Source: Dimargaris cristalligena (lineage: Eukaryota). Taken from it: a DNA stretch of 39,529 nucleotides. The notes under the pieces are model-generated. The model saw nothing but the letters and a program-made list of their open reading frames with translations. It did not search any database and was not told where the DNA came from. The stretch is taken from positions 1 through 39,529 of the forward strand of contig ML002351.1 in NCBI GenBank assembly GCA_003614675.1. The letters run 5' to 3'. Positions 38,661 to 39,529 of the stretch are shown here, piece by piece; the stretch's first letter is position 1, and each line of letters starts with the position of its first letter. The translations under genes and the position numbers were made by a program.

Positions 38661-39529
38661 TTGACCCCGAGAAATGGACCGGCACGCTGGGGAGTTTCGG
38701 AAAGGGGCCCAGTACTGCGGGAGGCGGCTTACCCATTGTAAAGGTGTCAGGTTGGGCGGAGAAAGGAGTGAGGCTGGGGAACTGGTCTATTACTCAATTG
38801 GGGAACCAGTCGGAAGTAGCGAGGTGTAGAGAATTGGCTATGTGCGAATGAGCGTAACTGGCAAGAAATCGTTTTAACGTTTAACTCGTCCTATGGACAA
38901 AGCACTACTCTAGTTCTACGTATGCGCATGTATGCACATCAGCTTCCCGCATTTACTTTCGTGTAGGCATAGAAAAAATAGCCACGGTTCACAATAGGTC
39001 GTTTCGCTTTTCCCAAACTGCACTTATTATTTATTTGGCGGAGGTGATGGGTGAAATTTTCATTATGGTGCAAATGGGTCCACTCACTCAACGATATTTA
39101 CAGCAAATATTATTTACTGTGTGTGAAGCAAAGAGGTTTTAGCCAATATACAATCTGTAGGCAGGGTAGAATACCAATTATCATACATTCCCATAAATTG
39201 TAACAACCATTGTTGAGTCTTAATATTACAAATCTATAACACCTCTATTGCCCCTCCTAATCTGACCTAATCCGTCCTCTAAAGGATTGCCATCCTAATG
39301 GGCCATATAGCACCATATTGTACCCCCAGCCCTAATGGGGCCGGACACCATATATATATCCTCTCACTGGCCGGACCCCCCAGAGTTTGCACTACTCACT
39401 CCTAGGTGATCTTAGTGTCTTCCAGTTCCCATGGAAGCCTCTGCTCATACGAGGACCACCTGGCCCTCCCTATTATTATCTTAGTTATGTAGTTTCCCCT
39501 CGGGACCTCCCTTGGAGTAGTCCCCCATG

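Overview
Eukaryotic (fungal) genomic DNA: GT-AG introns with CTAAC/CTRAT-type branch points, GC-richer exons, and long AT/pyrimidine-rich intergenic tracts. The gene content and style suggest an early-diverging fungus such as a Zoopagomycota/Kickxellomycotina member; this is inference, not verified. Seven protein-coding genes can be supported: a tubulin-tyrosine-ligase (TTL/Pby1-like ATP-grasp) protein, a two-exon NOP53, a two-exon disordered protein with a small C-terminal beta-barrel-like domain, a Rax1-like membrane RGS protein, a second soluble RGS paralog, a two-exon low-complexity hypothetical protein, and a six-exon minus-strand mitochondrial-type 3-oxoacyl-ACP reductase (CBR4/OAR1/FabG-like SDR). 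The centre of the window (about 9.3-34 kb) is gene-poor and holds only the two RGS paralogs, possible decayed gene remnants, a 30-bp x3 repeat and a nearly perfect 39-bp x8 minisatellite. No rRNA, tRNA, CRISPR array or intact transposon is evident. The most notable item is the membrane-anchored plus soluble split-RGS paralog pair. I see no strong evidence for a wholly new system.
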